Shown piece after piece: positions 21,549-30,516 of a DNA stretch of 64,000 bases (positions within the stretch are counted from its first letter, which is position 1; each line of letters starts with the position of its first letter). Below the pieces are notes generated by a model. It worked only from the letters and a program-made list of their open reading frames with translations, had not been told where the DNA came from and ran no database searches. Location: the NCBI GenBank assembly GCA_963810935.1, contig CAWEPK010000008.1:224001-288000 (forward strand), written 5' to 3'. The stretch is from an uncultured delta proteobacterium. Lineage in GTDB: Bacteria; Desulfobacterota; Syntrophorhabdia; Syntrophorhabdales; WCHB1-27. The position numbers and the translations under genes were made by a program.

Positions 21549-23273
21549 TCACTTGCGCGGCCTTTTCCGGCCGCGCAGCGCTCTGGTGGCCTTGACGTCT
21601 GCTTTCATCGAGACAGGGTCGATTACCACCCCGTACTCGCTCTTTGCTGCTTCGACGGAGACATAACCTTCCGCTACGTCGCTCTCCACCATCTCCGGGT
21701 CTCTCTCGAACGGCTCCCCGTAACCGCCGCCGCCGGGCGCGTCTATCGTTACAACGTCGCCGGGGACAAGCTGCGTGAGGCCGTAAGGGTTGCCGGGGGT
21801 GGTATTCACCAGAAACCGCGCGCGCGCTCCGGGACGCCCTCCGAAAAGGCCCTCCGGCGGATAGACGTACCGCCCCGACTGCATCCCGAGGTTCACGGGA
21901 GGCACGGGCGCGTAGGCATCGTTGGGGACTTTGAAGACGATCCTCTTGCCAAGACCGCCCTTCATCCTTCCCGGCCCTGCGGAGTCGGATAGAAGCTCCC
22001 TTCTCTCGACGATCAGGGGCGTATCGCTCTCGAAAATCTCCACCGGGGTGCCCGCGCCGTTCGCCGGGAATATGTACACGTAATTGCCGTCGTTCGAGCT
22101 GCCGGCGCCCATGCCGCCGCCCCTTATGACTACCGAGTGCCACGGCCTGCCGTTGTTCCTCTTTCCGTAGAAGACGTTCATTACCGCAGGAGTGCCTCCG
22201 CTCGCCGCTATCACCTTGGACGGCATGGCGGAGGACAATGCCCTGTAAATGATCTCCGTGAGGAAGTGGCCTATCACGAGCCGGGCTGCGACCGCCGCAG
22301 GGAAGCGGCAATTGACGACGCTCCCTTCCGGCGCCGTAAGGTGGAGAGGCTTCGCGCACCCGTCGTTATTCGGGATGTCGGGACCGAACATGCTCTTCAT
22401 CGCCATAAAGACATACGCATAGGTAAAGTTGAACACTACGTTGCCGCCCCAGTTGACCTGCGGCGAGGAGCCGGAGAGGTCAACGCTGATGTCGCTCCCC
22501 TTCACCCTTACTGCGGCTTTTATGACGACGTCGCCGCTGCCTTTCGTCTGCTCCACGATGCCTTCAGCCCGGTAGAGCCCGTCCGGGACTTTGGCGATCT
22601 CTTCCCGCATGCTCTTTTCCGTTCGGCCGATGATCTCGTCCGCAAGGTCGTCCAGGTCGGACAGGTGGTTCTCCCTGAGCATCCGGCCTACTTTGTCGGC
22701 GCACACGTGGTTGGCCGCAATCTGCGACCGTATGTCGCCTATCACTTCATCGGGGGTCCGGACGTTCCACCGGATCATTTCCATCACCGACTCGTTAAGG
22801 ACGCCGCCGTCATACAGCTTTACGAGAGGGATGAAAAGGCCCTCTTCGAAAACGTCGTGGTTGTCCGACGAGACGCGGCCGCCGATATCGGAATGATGGA
22901 AAACGCACGCGGTAAAGGCGACGACCTTGTGCTCGTAGAATATCGGACTCATGACGCAGACGTCGTTCAGGTGGCCCGCAAGCGCCCACGGGTCGTTCGT
23001 TATGAAAACGTCGCCCGGCTTATACTCGCTGACCGGCGTGCGCATCACCAGGTTCTTGATCCCCAGCGCCATCGCGCCCGACTGGCCCGGCGTCGCAAAG
23101 CTCCCCTGCGCAAGCTCGCGCCCTTTGCGGTCGGTGAACATGCAAGTGTAATCGTGCGCGTCGCGCAGCAGGCTCGAAAAAGCCGTGCGGGCGACCGTGC
23201 CGTCCGCTTCATCCACTATCGATATCAGCCTTCGCCAGAGTATTTCCAGCGTAATCGGATCGAAAGACGCCAT
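21549..23273 (-). CDS. Hydantoinase B/oxoprolinase family subunit
   Basis: DPITLEILW, RTAFS, PGDVFITNDPW, GHLND, HHSDIGG, PGGGGYG. Start taken at MASFDP. Confidence 0.92.
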   Translation of the reverse strand: MASFDPITLEILWRRLISIVDEADGTVARTAFSSLLRDAHDYTCMFTDRKGRELAQGSFATPGQSGAMALGIKNLVMRTPVSEYKPGDVFITNDPWALAGHLNDVCVMSPIFYEHKVVAFTACVFHHSDIGGRVSSDNHDVFEEGLFIPLVKLYDGGVLNESVMEMIRWNVRTPDEVIGDIRSQIAANHVCADKVGRMLRENHLSDLDDLADEIIGRTEKSMREEIAKVPDGLYRAEGIVEQTKGSGDVVIKAAVRVKGSDISVDLSGSSPQVNWGGNVVFNFTYAYVFMAMKSMFGPDIPNNDGCAKPLHLTAPEGSVVNCRFPAAVAARLVIGHFLTEIIYRALSSAMPSKVIAASGGTPAVMNVFYGKRNNGRPWHSVVIRGGGMGAGSSNDGNYVYIFPANGAGTPVEIFESDTPLIVERRELLSDSAGPGRMKGGLGKRIVFKVPNDAYAPVPPVNLGMQSGRYVYPPEGLFGGRPGARARFLVNTTPGNPYGLTQLVPGDVVTIDAPGGGGYGEPFERDPEMVESDVAEGYVSVEAAKSEYGVVIDPVSMKADVKATRALRGRKRPRK

Positions 23274-23274
23274 T

Positions 23275-25377
23275 TCACGCCTCCTTAAGGTCGACTCGAA
23301 GGAACCCGAACTCGTCCGTCCGCACCAGCGCATTCTCGCCCACAATGAGAGTCGATTCCCTCTCCTCGATGATGGCCGGGCCCCGGAAAAGAGCGCCGGG
23401 GAAGAGCTTGTAACGGTCATAAACGGTGTGGGGGATGAAGTCATTGGCGACCGGCGAGTACGCCTTGCGCGTGCCCTTGATCGCAGCTTCAAGGTGCTGG
23501 CCTTTCTTCTTTGTCAGCTTCGGCAGTTGCAGCAGCTTCTCCGGCAGCACTGCCCTCACCTTGAAGTTGATGAACTCGATCTCGGAGTCGGGATACGTCC
23601 TGCCGTACAGCTTCTCGTAAACCTGGTCGAAGAGCCGGCGCACCTCGGCCCTCTGCATATCGGGGAAAGGCTTTGCGGGGATGGGCACATTGGTCTCCGC
23701 GCCCTGGCCGACAAAGCGCATATCGAGCGACCTCTCGAAGCGGATCGACGCGCCCGGGCCGTCCTTTTGCAGCGTAGCGGCGGCTTCCCCTTCCAACGCT
23801 TTGAAAATAGCCTCTATCTCCTCGAACTTTGCTTCGGCGAGCGCAACCTTGTGGCTCCTCAGCAGGTCGAACGCGCGGGGCGCGGTGAAAAAGCCGAGCG
23901 CGGAGCCGACGCCCGCGTTCGGTGGGACCAGCAGGCGCGGCGCTCCCAGCTTTTGAGCCAGGCCATACGCGTGCACCGGGCCCGCGCCGCCGAAGGCAGC
24001 GATGGTCACTATCTTCGGGTTGCCGCCCTTCTCCGCGATGTGCGTCTTTGCGGCGGCTGCCATCGTCTCGTTTATGACGTCGTGAATACCCCAGACGGCC
24101 TTCACGTACGAAACCTCGAGGGGCCCGGCTATGCGCTCCATTACGGCGCGCCTGGCAGCCTCCTTGTCGAGCTTCATCTCGCCGCCGAGGAAATAATTCT
24201 CGTCGAGGTAGCCGAGCAGAAGGTCTGCGTCCGTGACGCACGGATCGACGCCGCCCCTGCCGTAGCAGACGGGTCCGGGGTCCGCGCTGGAGCTTTCCGG
24301 CCCCACCTGGAGCGTCCCCATTTTGCTCACTTTCGCGATGCTCCCGCCGCCCGCGCCTATCTCCATGAGGTCTACGACCGGCACCTGTATCGTGAGGCCG
24401 CTCCCCTTCATGAAACGCTGCACGCGGCCCACCTCGAACGTCGGCACAACGCCTGCGACGCCTTTCTGTATCAGGCATGACTTCGCGGTCGTGCCGCCCA
24501 TGTCGAAGCAGAACATCTCAGGGATATCGAAGTGCTTCCCGTAATACTGGCCCGCTATAACCGCAGCCGTGGGCCCTGACTCGATGATGCGGACCGGGAA
24601 CCGGGCGGCCGTCTCGACGGACGTGACGCCGCCGGAAGAGAGCATTATGAAGAGCTTCCCACGGAAGCCGATCGATTCCAGCTTGCCCTGGAGCTTTGAC
24701 AGGTACTTGCCGGTCAGCGGCTTGACGTAGGCGTTCGTGACCGTGGTGCTCGTCCTCTCGTATTCCTTTATCTGCGGAAGGACTTCGTAGGAGATCGATA
24801 TCGGGACGCCGGGCATCTCCTCTTCGAGGATCCGCTTGAGAGTCAGCTCGTGGGCGGGGTTCTCGAAGGAATTGAGCAGGCAGACGGCAACCGATTCTAT
24901 GCCGAGGGCAGGCAAGGATTTTACCAGGCGTCTCGCCTCCTGGACCTTCATCGCCTTGAGCACGGTGCCGTCGCTGCGCACTCTTTCGTCCACCTCGAAG
25001 CGGAACCTCCTCGGTATCAGCGGCTCCGGGAACTCCGCGAAGATGTCATAAGGGGCATAGCGTATCTCACGGCCGATCTCCAGCACGTCCCGAAAGCCCT
25101 TCGTCGTAATAAGGGCCGTCCTGGCGCCTTTCCGTTCGATTATGGAGTTGATGACGAGCGTGGTGCCGTGGATAAGCTCGTTGAGCTTCGGCACGAAGCC
25201 GGCGACGTCTTTCTCCAATGTCCTTATGCCCTGCTCCACCGCGTCCGACGGGTCCCTCGGCGTCGTAAGGCATTTGCTCGTCCTTATCTCGCCGGTTTCG
25301 TCGTCCAGAAGGACGAAGTCCGTGAACGTCCCGCCGATATCGCAGCCCAGCCGGTAATGCTTATCATCCTTCTTCAC
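23275..25377 (-). CDS. Hydantoinase A/oxoprolinase family subunit (ATP-binding)
   Basis: DIGGTFTD, HGTT, EYERTSTT, ESGP, DMGGTT, IGAGGGSIA, GPVCYGRGG. Confidence 0.94.
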   Translation of the reverse strand: MKKDDKHYRLGCDIGGTFTDFVLLDDETGEIRTSKCLTTPRDPSDAVEQGIRTLEKDVAGFVPKLNELIHGTTLVINSIIERKGARTALITTKGFRDVLEIGREIRYAPYDIFAEFPEPLIPRRFRFEVDERVRSDGTVLKAMKVQEARRLVKSLPALGIESVAVCLLNSFENPAHELTLKRILEEEMPGVPISISYEVLPQIKEYERTSTTVTNAYVKPLTGKYLSKLQGKLESIGFRGKLFIMLSSGGVTSVETAARFPVRIIESGPTAAVIAGQYYGKHFDIPEMFCFDMGGTTAKSCLIQKGVAGVVPTFEVGRVQRFMKGSGLTIQVPVVDLMEIGAGGGSIAKVSKMGTLQVGPESSSADPGPVCYGRGGVDPCVTDADLLLGYLDENYFLGGEMKLDKEAARRAVMERIAGPLEVSYVKAVWGIHDVINETMAAAAKTHIAEKGGNPKIVTIAAFGGAGPVHAYGLAQKLGAPRLLVPPNAGVGSALGFFTAPRAFDLLRSHKVALAEAKFEEIEAIFKALEGEAAATLQKDGPGASIRFERSLDMRFVGQGAETNVPIPAKPFPDMQRAEVRRLFDQVYEKLYGRTYPDSEIEFINFKVRAVLPEKLLQLPKLTKKKGQHLEAAIKGTRKAYSPVANDFIPHTVYDRYKLFPGALFRGPAIIEERESTLIVGENALVRTDEFGFLRVDLKEA

Positions 25378-27680
25378 GCCGCTCCCCCTTCCTTTTCTTT
25401 TGCCTTAAGCGCAGCGAGCACTTTTTCCGGGGTTATGGGCAGGTCCCTTATCCTCACGCCTATCGCGTCGTACACGGCGTTCGCGATTGCCGGCGCAGTC
25501 GGCACCAGGCCCGGCTCGCCTATACCTTTCGCCCCGAACGGACCATCCTTCTCGTCCGTCTCGACTATGACCGCCTGCATGGGCGGTATGTCCCTCGCCG
25601 TAAGGATCTTGTAATCCAGGTAATTCGGGTTCATCAGCCTGCCGTCTTTGTAGACCATCTTCTCCGAAAGGGCGTAGCCGAGGCCCATAGCGCCGCCTCC
25701 CGATATCTGCCCTTCGAGGAGCATCGGGTTGAGGGCCTTGCCGACGTCGTGGGCTGCCACGTAATTGATGACCTTGACCCTGCCCGTCTCCTTGTCGACC
25801 TCGACCTCGACGCCGTGCGCGCCATAGGCGTAGGTGACGGAGAGGTTCCCTTTAAGCTCCCGGTCGAGGCACTCGTTCGGCGGGTCGTAAAAATATTCCG
25901 CCATGAGCATCTTGCCGCCCGACATGTAGTGCGCGTTCCGCAGGATTTTGGCTAGGGAGATGTTCTTTTCTTTATTGTGTCTCGCGTAAATGAGGCCGGG
26001 CGCCAGCTCCAGCCCCGACGGGTCTTCGTTCAACGCCTCGGCGGCCGCTTCAAGGATCTGCTGCTTGATCTTCATAGCCGCGCCCAGCGCCGAGTTGCCG
26101 CCGACGAACGTGGTACGGCTCGCATGGACGCCCACGTCCCATGGGCAAACGTCCGTATCATTGTTGATCACGTTCACGTCGTCCGTCGAGATGCCGAGCA
26201 CCTCCGCGACGATCTGGGCGATGATCGTGTCCGACCCCTGGCCTATGTCCGACGAGCCGGTGAAGACGTCCACCTTGCAGTAGTCGTCCATCTTGATGAT
26301 CGTGCCGCACCCGTCTGACTTGTAGACCCTCGCTCCCCCGCCGACGTGGATGAGGGTGGCCATGCCGAAACCTCTTCCTTCCTTGGCCTTGCGCTTCCCG
26401 CTCCAGCCCAGCCTGCTTTTGACCTCCGACATGCATTCCTTCATGCCGCAGGTGGTGATCTTCAGCTTCTGGGGCGTAAACTCTCCGGGCTCGTTCGCGT
26501 TCTTCAGCCTGAAATCGTAAGGTTCAATCCCCGCCTTCTCCGCAAGCTCTTCGAGGGAAGACTCGATGGCGAACGTTGCCTGGGGGTTGCCGTAACCTCT
26601 CATGGCCTGGCTATACGTATTGTTCGTATAAACACACTTGGCGATATATTTGATGTTCGGCACTTTATATAGCGAGGAGATGGGCATCATCATGACCGAC
26701 GGCGTCGTCGCCCCCCATGACGTATAGGCCCCGTTGTCGAGGATCATCTCCATGTCCCTGAAGAGTAGCTTTCCTTCTTTGGTGCAACCTTGCGAGATGC
26801 GGGTGATCGTGGGCTGCCTGGGCGACGTAGCCAGGAACTCCTCTTCCCGCGTGAAGACGATCTTAACCGGCCGCCTGGCAGCCATGGCCAGTAGTATCGC
26901 GATATATTCATAAGCGTAGGTGTCCAGCTTGCTCCCGAAACCACCTCCTATGGTGGTCTGGATGACCCTGACCCGCTTGCCTTTCAGGCCGAAGACGCCG
27001 AGCGCCTCCATGAAATCCTTCTGCGCCAGGGATGGTATCTGCGTGTTGCTGTACATCGTAAGGTTCTTAGTAGAGTCGAACTGGGCGATGCACCCGCTGG
27101 TGCCCATGCAGCAGTGGGTAACCCATTGCGTGCTGTACGAGCCTTCCACTATGAAGGCCGCCTCTTTCTTCGCCGCCTCAACGTCGCCGGAAACCAGCCG
27201 CCAGGGCAGGTTGAGGATATTGGTGGGCTTCTTCTCTTTGCCGCCCAGGTGGTCTTCGTGTATCAGGGGCGCGCCTTCTTTCATCGCCTCAAGAGGGTCG
27301 AAGACGGCAGGCAGCTCCTCGTACTCGACCTCGATCAGGTCGAGGGCGTCTTCGGCAATCTCCGGGTCCGTCGCGGCGACCGCGGCAATCTCATCCCTCA
27401 GAGAACAGACCTTGTCCTTCTTGAGCGGCGGGTTGTCCTTATAGACGCCCATCTTGAAAGGCGGGACCGAGGCGCCCGTGATGACCGCTTTCACGCCCGG
27501 AAGATTCTCCGCCCGGGAAGTATCTATGCGTTTTATACGCGCGTGGGGATAACGACTGTATAATATCTTTCCGTAGAGCATTCCGGGCAGTGCCAGGTCC
27601 TGGATGTAGGAGGCCTCACCCGTCACTTTGGCCGGCGCGTCCTTCTTGGATATCCTTTTTCCTACGGCAGTCAGCTCCAT
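25374..27680 (-). CDS. Xanthine-dehydrogenase-family molybdopterin-binding subunit
   Basis: KVTGEA, GGGFGSK, AMRGYGNPQ, DIGQGS, ASRTT, AKGIGEP (catalytic Glu retained). Confidence 0.93.
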   Translation of the reverse strand: MELTAVGKRISKKDAPAKVTGEASYIQDLALPGMLYGKILYSRYPHARIKRIDTSRAENLPGVKAVITGASVPPFKMGVYKDNPPLKKDKVCSLRDEIAAVAATDPEIAEDALDLIEVEYEELPAVFDPLEAMKEGAPLIHEDHLGGKEKKPTNILNLPWRLVSGDVEAAKKEAAFIVEGSYSTQWVTHCCMGTSGCIAQFDSTKNLTMYSNTQIPSLAQKDFMEALGVFGLKGKRVRVIQTTIGGGFGSKLDTYAYEYIAILLAMAARRPVKIVFTREEEFLATSPRQPTITRISQGCTKEGKLLFRDMEMILDNGAYTSWGATTPSVMMMPISSLYKVPNIKYIAKCVYTNNTYSQAMRGYGNPQATFAIESSLEELAEKAGIEPYDFRLKNANEPGEFTPQKLKITTCGMKECMSEVKSRLGWSGKRKAKEGRGFGMATLIHVGGGARVYKSDGCGTIIKMDDYCKVDVFTGSSDIGQGSDTIIAQIVAEVLGISTDDVNVINNDTDVCPWDVGVHASRTTFVGGNSALGAAMKIKQQILEAAAEALNEDPSGLELAPGLIYARHNKEKNISLAKILRNAHYMSGGKMLMAEYFYDPPNECLDRELKGNLSVTYAYGAHGVEVEVDKETGRVKVINYVAAHDVGKALNPMLLEGQISGGGAMGLGYALSEKMVYKDGRLMNPNYLDYKILTARDIPPMQAVIVETDEKDGPFGAKGIGEPGLVPTAPAIANAVYDAIGVRIRDLPITPEKVLAALKAKEKEGGAA

Positions 27681-28147
27681 CATCCACCTCCCACGGCGGA
27701 CTTAATGGCCTCAATAATTTGAACGTACCCCGTACATCTGCACAGATTGCCTTCTATGCCCTCCTTGATCTCATCATCGGTAGGCCGGACATTCTCATCC
27801 AGCAAGGCATAAGCAGACATGATCATCCCTGGCGAGCAGAAGCCGCACTGAACGGCCCCGTGCTCGATGAAGGCTACCTGGAGCGGATGGAGGCTGCCGT
27901 CTTTCGCCGTCAGGCCCTCGATGGTCTTCACGCTGCACCCTCCCGCCTCTATCGCGGGGAAAAGGCAGGAATTGACCGCTTTCCCATCGACGATCACCGT
28001 ACAGGCCCCGCATTCACCATGGCCGCACCCTTCCTTCGTCCCTTTAAGACCCATAACCTCCCGCAATAGATAGAGGAGGGTCCAGTGGGGTTCCACCTCC
28101 GTCCCGACGGTCTCGCCGTTCAGAACAAATGAAATTTCTTTCTTCAT
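27680..28147 (-). CDS. Xanthine-dehydrogenase-family [2Fe-2S] subunit
   Basis: GTKEGCGHGECGACTV, QCGFCSPG, GNLCRCTGY. Confidence 0.95.
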   Translation of the reverse strand: MKKEISFVLNGETVGTEVEPHWTLLYLLREVMGLKGTKEGCGHGECGACTVIVDGKAVNSCLFPAIEAGGCSVKTIEGLTAKDGSLHPLQVAFIEHGAVQCGFCSPGMIMSAYALLDENVRPTDDEIKEGIEGNLCRCTGYVQIIEAIKSAVGGG

Positions 28148-28157
28148 CCTTTCACCC

Positions 28158-29120
28158 TTACCAGAGCCTGTCAGGATAAACCATCTCGTCCGGCCGCAAG
28201 ACCCGGTCGAGGGACTTCATGATCGCTCTCCGCACTAGGACTTCCACCAGTTCCCTGCGATACCACGCGTCTCCCCGTACGTCGTCTATCGGCGACGATT
28301 CGGATGCCGCGACCTGCGCCGCGGCGGCAACGGCCTCGTCGGAGAGAACGCGGCCCTTGAGCATATCTTCAGCTTTTCTCGCCCTCAGAGGACGGGGCGC
28401 AACTGCGGCCATTGCTATGCGTATGTCCTTGCAGCGCACCTCCTCGTCACCGAAATGGGAGAGTATCTCGGAGGCAGGCGCCATGCTGCATAGCATGTCC
28501 TTGCAGCGAACGTCCGTCCTGTCCAGGGTGAGCCGCACGGCGACGGCTGCGATGGGCAGGTCCACGGCGTTTCTCCTCGCCTGCCTTATATACGCCGACC
28601 CTGTATAGTCGTCTGTCTCCGGCACACGCAGCTCTTTAAGGATCTCGCCCCTCTTCAGCACTGTCATGCCCGGTCCCAGGAAAAAATCATCGAGGCTTAC
28701 GCGCCGCTCGCCTTCGGGTCCCACTATGACCCCTTCCGCGTCCAACACGAGAAGCGGGCAGGCAGTGTCGGCCGAAGGCGCGGCATTGCAGATATTGCCT
28801 CCGATGGTAGCCACGTTCCTTATCTGCGTCGACCCTACGTTGCACACAGCGTCGTGGAGGGCCGAGAGGCGCTTCTGAGCGTGCTCGTTCTTTTGGATCT
28901 CCCTGTGAGTCACGCAGGCGCCGATGGAAAGCCCGTTCAGCACGGACAACTCCTTTATGCTCCTGAGCGACGTCAGCGCCTTCACGGAAAGTCTCTTCTG
29001 CCTGAGGAGCACCATCACGTCAGTGCCGCCCGCTATGTATGCAGCGTCGCCGCTGAATCGCCCCATTAGATCGAGCGCCTCCGAAATGGAAGCGGGTTTA
29101 AAATACTCGAACCGAAGCAT
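28158..29120 (-). CDS. Xanthine-dehydrogenase-family FAD-binding subunit (CoxM-like)
   Basis: IAGGTD, QIRNVATIGGNICNAAPSAD, PIDDVRG..YR. Confidence 0.93.
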   Translation of the reverse strand: MLRFEYFKPASISEALDLMGRFSGDAAYIAGGTDVMVLLRQKRLSVKALTSLRSIKELSVLNGLSIGACVTHREIQKNEHAQKRLSALHDAVCNVGSTQIRNVATIGGNICNAAPSADTACPLLVLDAEGVIVGPEGERRVSLDDFFLGPGMTVLKRGEILKELRVPETDDYTGSAYIRQARRNAVDLPIAAVAVRLTLDRTDVRCKDMLCSMAPASEILSHFGDEEVRCKDIRIAMAAVAPRPLRARKAEDMLKGRVLSDEAVAAAAQVAASESSPIDDVRGDAWYRRELVEVLVRRAIMKSLDRVLRPDEMVYPDRLW

Positions 29121-29183
29121 GTTAGTCCCCTCTCCTTCCGTCCGGCCGGAACGGCAATTTGCCCAATATCGCCAGACCCCGGC

Positions 29184-30476
29184 CTAATCCTCTCTAGTGT
29201 CGAATACCCTCTTAGTCTTTCTTTCGGACCTCGGAAGCTCGCCGTAGCCGCAGATCTCGCACTCGCAGCTCACCATGATCTGCTTCTTGACCAGCGCCTC
29301 GACCGCTTTCTTGCATGCGGCGTCTCCGCCGGGAGAGGCGCCTTTTCCCCTCTCGACCTTGATGGTCATGTAATCCTTTCCGTCGCCGGCCCTCTTCAGG
29401 TGCACCTGAAATTCGCTGCCTATGCCGGGGATGCCCGAAAGCACGTGGTCGATCTGGCCGGGATAAACGTTGACGGCCCTTATGATGAACATATCGTCCG
29501 AGCGGCCCAGGAAGCGGTCGTGCCTCGGCAGGATCGAGCCGCAGGGACAGGTCCCCGGTATGGCCCTCGTCAGGTCCCTCGTCCTGTACCTGATCAGGGG
29601 CGCGGCCTCTTTCCGCAGGGTGGTGACGACGAGCTCGCCGATTTCGCCTTCCGGCACCGGCTCCAGTGTCTCAGGGTCGAGGAACTCCGCTATGTAGTAG
29701 TCGGCCCAGTAGTGAATGCCCGTGTGATGGACGCAATCGAGGCCCGTGCCCGGACCGTAAAGCTCGGTCATCCCTGGGATGTCGAATATATCCTGTACGC
29801 CGAGCATTTCCCTGATCTTCGCCCGCATTGAGTCGCTCGACCGCTCCGAGCCGAAAATGACTTTCTTGAGGTTGATCTTATCCTTGATGCCCCTCTTCTC
29901 GACCTCTTCCGCCATGAGCAGACCCATAGACGCGGTGCAGCAGAGCACGGTGGTCTTGAAATCGACGAGGAACTCGCATTGCAGGTCGATGTTCCCCGGT
30001 CCTATGGGTATCGCCATCGCTCCGAAGCGCTCGCACCCTGCCTGGAACCCGACCCCGGCCGTCCACACGCCGTAACCGACGGCGATCTGCACGCTGTCCG
30101 CCGCAGTCAGCCCGGCCATCTCATAGCAGCGCGCAAAAAAATTGGCCCAGTCATCGATGTCGCGCGCAGTATAGGCAAGCACCTTGCGCTTACCCGTAGT
30201 GCCCGAGGACGCGTGTATCCTGACAACGTCCTCCATCGGAACGGAAAGGAGCGGGAAAGGATACCCCGCCTTGAGGTCGTTGGCCGTAGTAAAAGGCAAG
30301 CGCTTCAAGTCGTCCAGCGTCTTGATCTGCTCCGGCCTGACACCGGCGTCCTCTAATTTTTTCCTGTAAAACGGAGACCCCTTAAATGCGTGCTGCACCG
30401 TCCACTTCAAGCCCTCAAGCTGAAAGGCGAGCAACTCCTTCTCGGTCTTCTGAACCGGCATGAATGTCTTTCCCAT
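29184..30476 (-). CDS. Phenylacetate-CoA-ligase (PaaK) family aryl/acyl-CoA ligase
   Basis: RIHASSGTTGK, GYGVWTAG, GMTELYGPG, PLIRYRTRD, GRSDDM. Start taken at MGKTF after GAGGGG. Confidence 0.9.
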   Translation of the reverse strand: MGKTFMPVQKTEKELLAFQLEGLKWTVQHAFKGSPFYRKKLEDAGVRPEQIKTLDDLKRLPFTTANDLKAGYPFPLLSVPMEDVVRIHASSGTTGKRKVLAYTARDIDDWANFFARCYEMAGLTAADSVQIAVGYGVWTAGVGFQAGCERFGAMAIPIGPGNIDLQCEFLVDFKTTVLCCTASMGLLMAEEVEKRGIKDKINLKKVIFGSERSSDSMRAKIREMLGVQDIFDIPGMTELYGPGTGLDCVHHTGIHYWADYYIAEFLDPETLEPVPEGEIGELVVTTLRKEAAPLIRYRTRDLTRAIPGTCPCGSILPRHDRFLGRSDDMFIIRAVNVYPGQIDHVLSGIPGIGSEFQVHLKRAGDGKDYMTIKVERGKGASPGGDAACKKAVEALVKKQIMVSCECEICGYGELPRSERKTKRVFDTRED

Positions 30477-30516
30477 GATAACTCCCCTCCACGAGAAATT
30501 GACCGGACGGGTTTTT

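Noticed and set aside
23274..23492. N-terminal extensions in the ORF track (hydantoinase B from 23492, ligase from 30566, livF from 61220, livH from 62856, SDR from 53423)
   Set aside because: They overlap or abut upstream genes. Downstream ATGs with RBS or family-typical N-termini are preferred.
21549..25377. Acetone/acetophenone carboxylase or housekeeping 5-oxoprolinase
   Set aside because: No additional carboxylase subunits, and the context favours lactam hydrolysis after Mo-dependent hydroxylation. Not strictly excluded.
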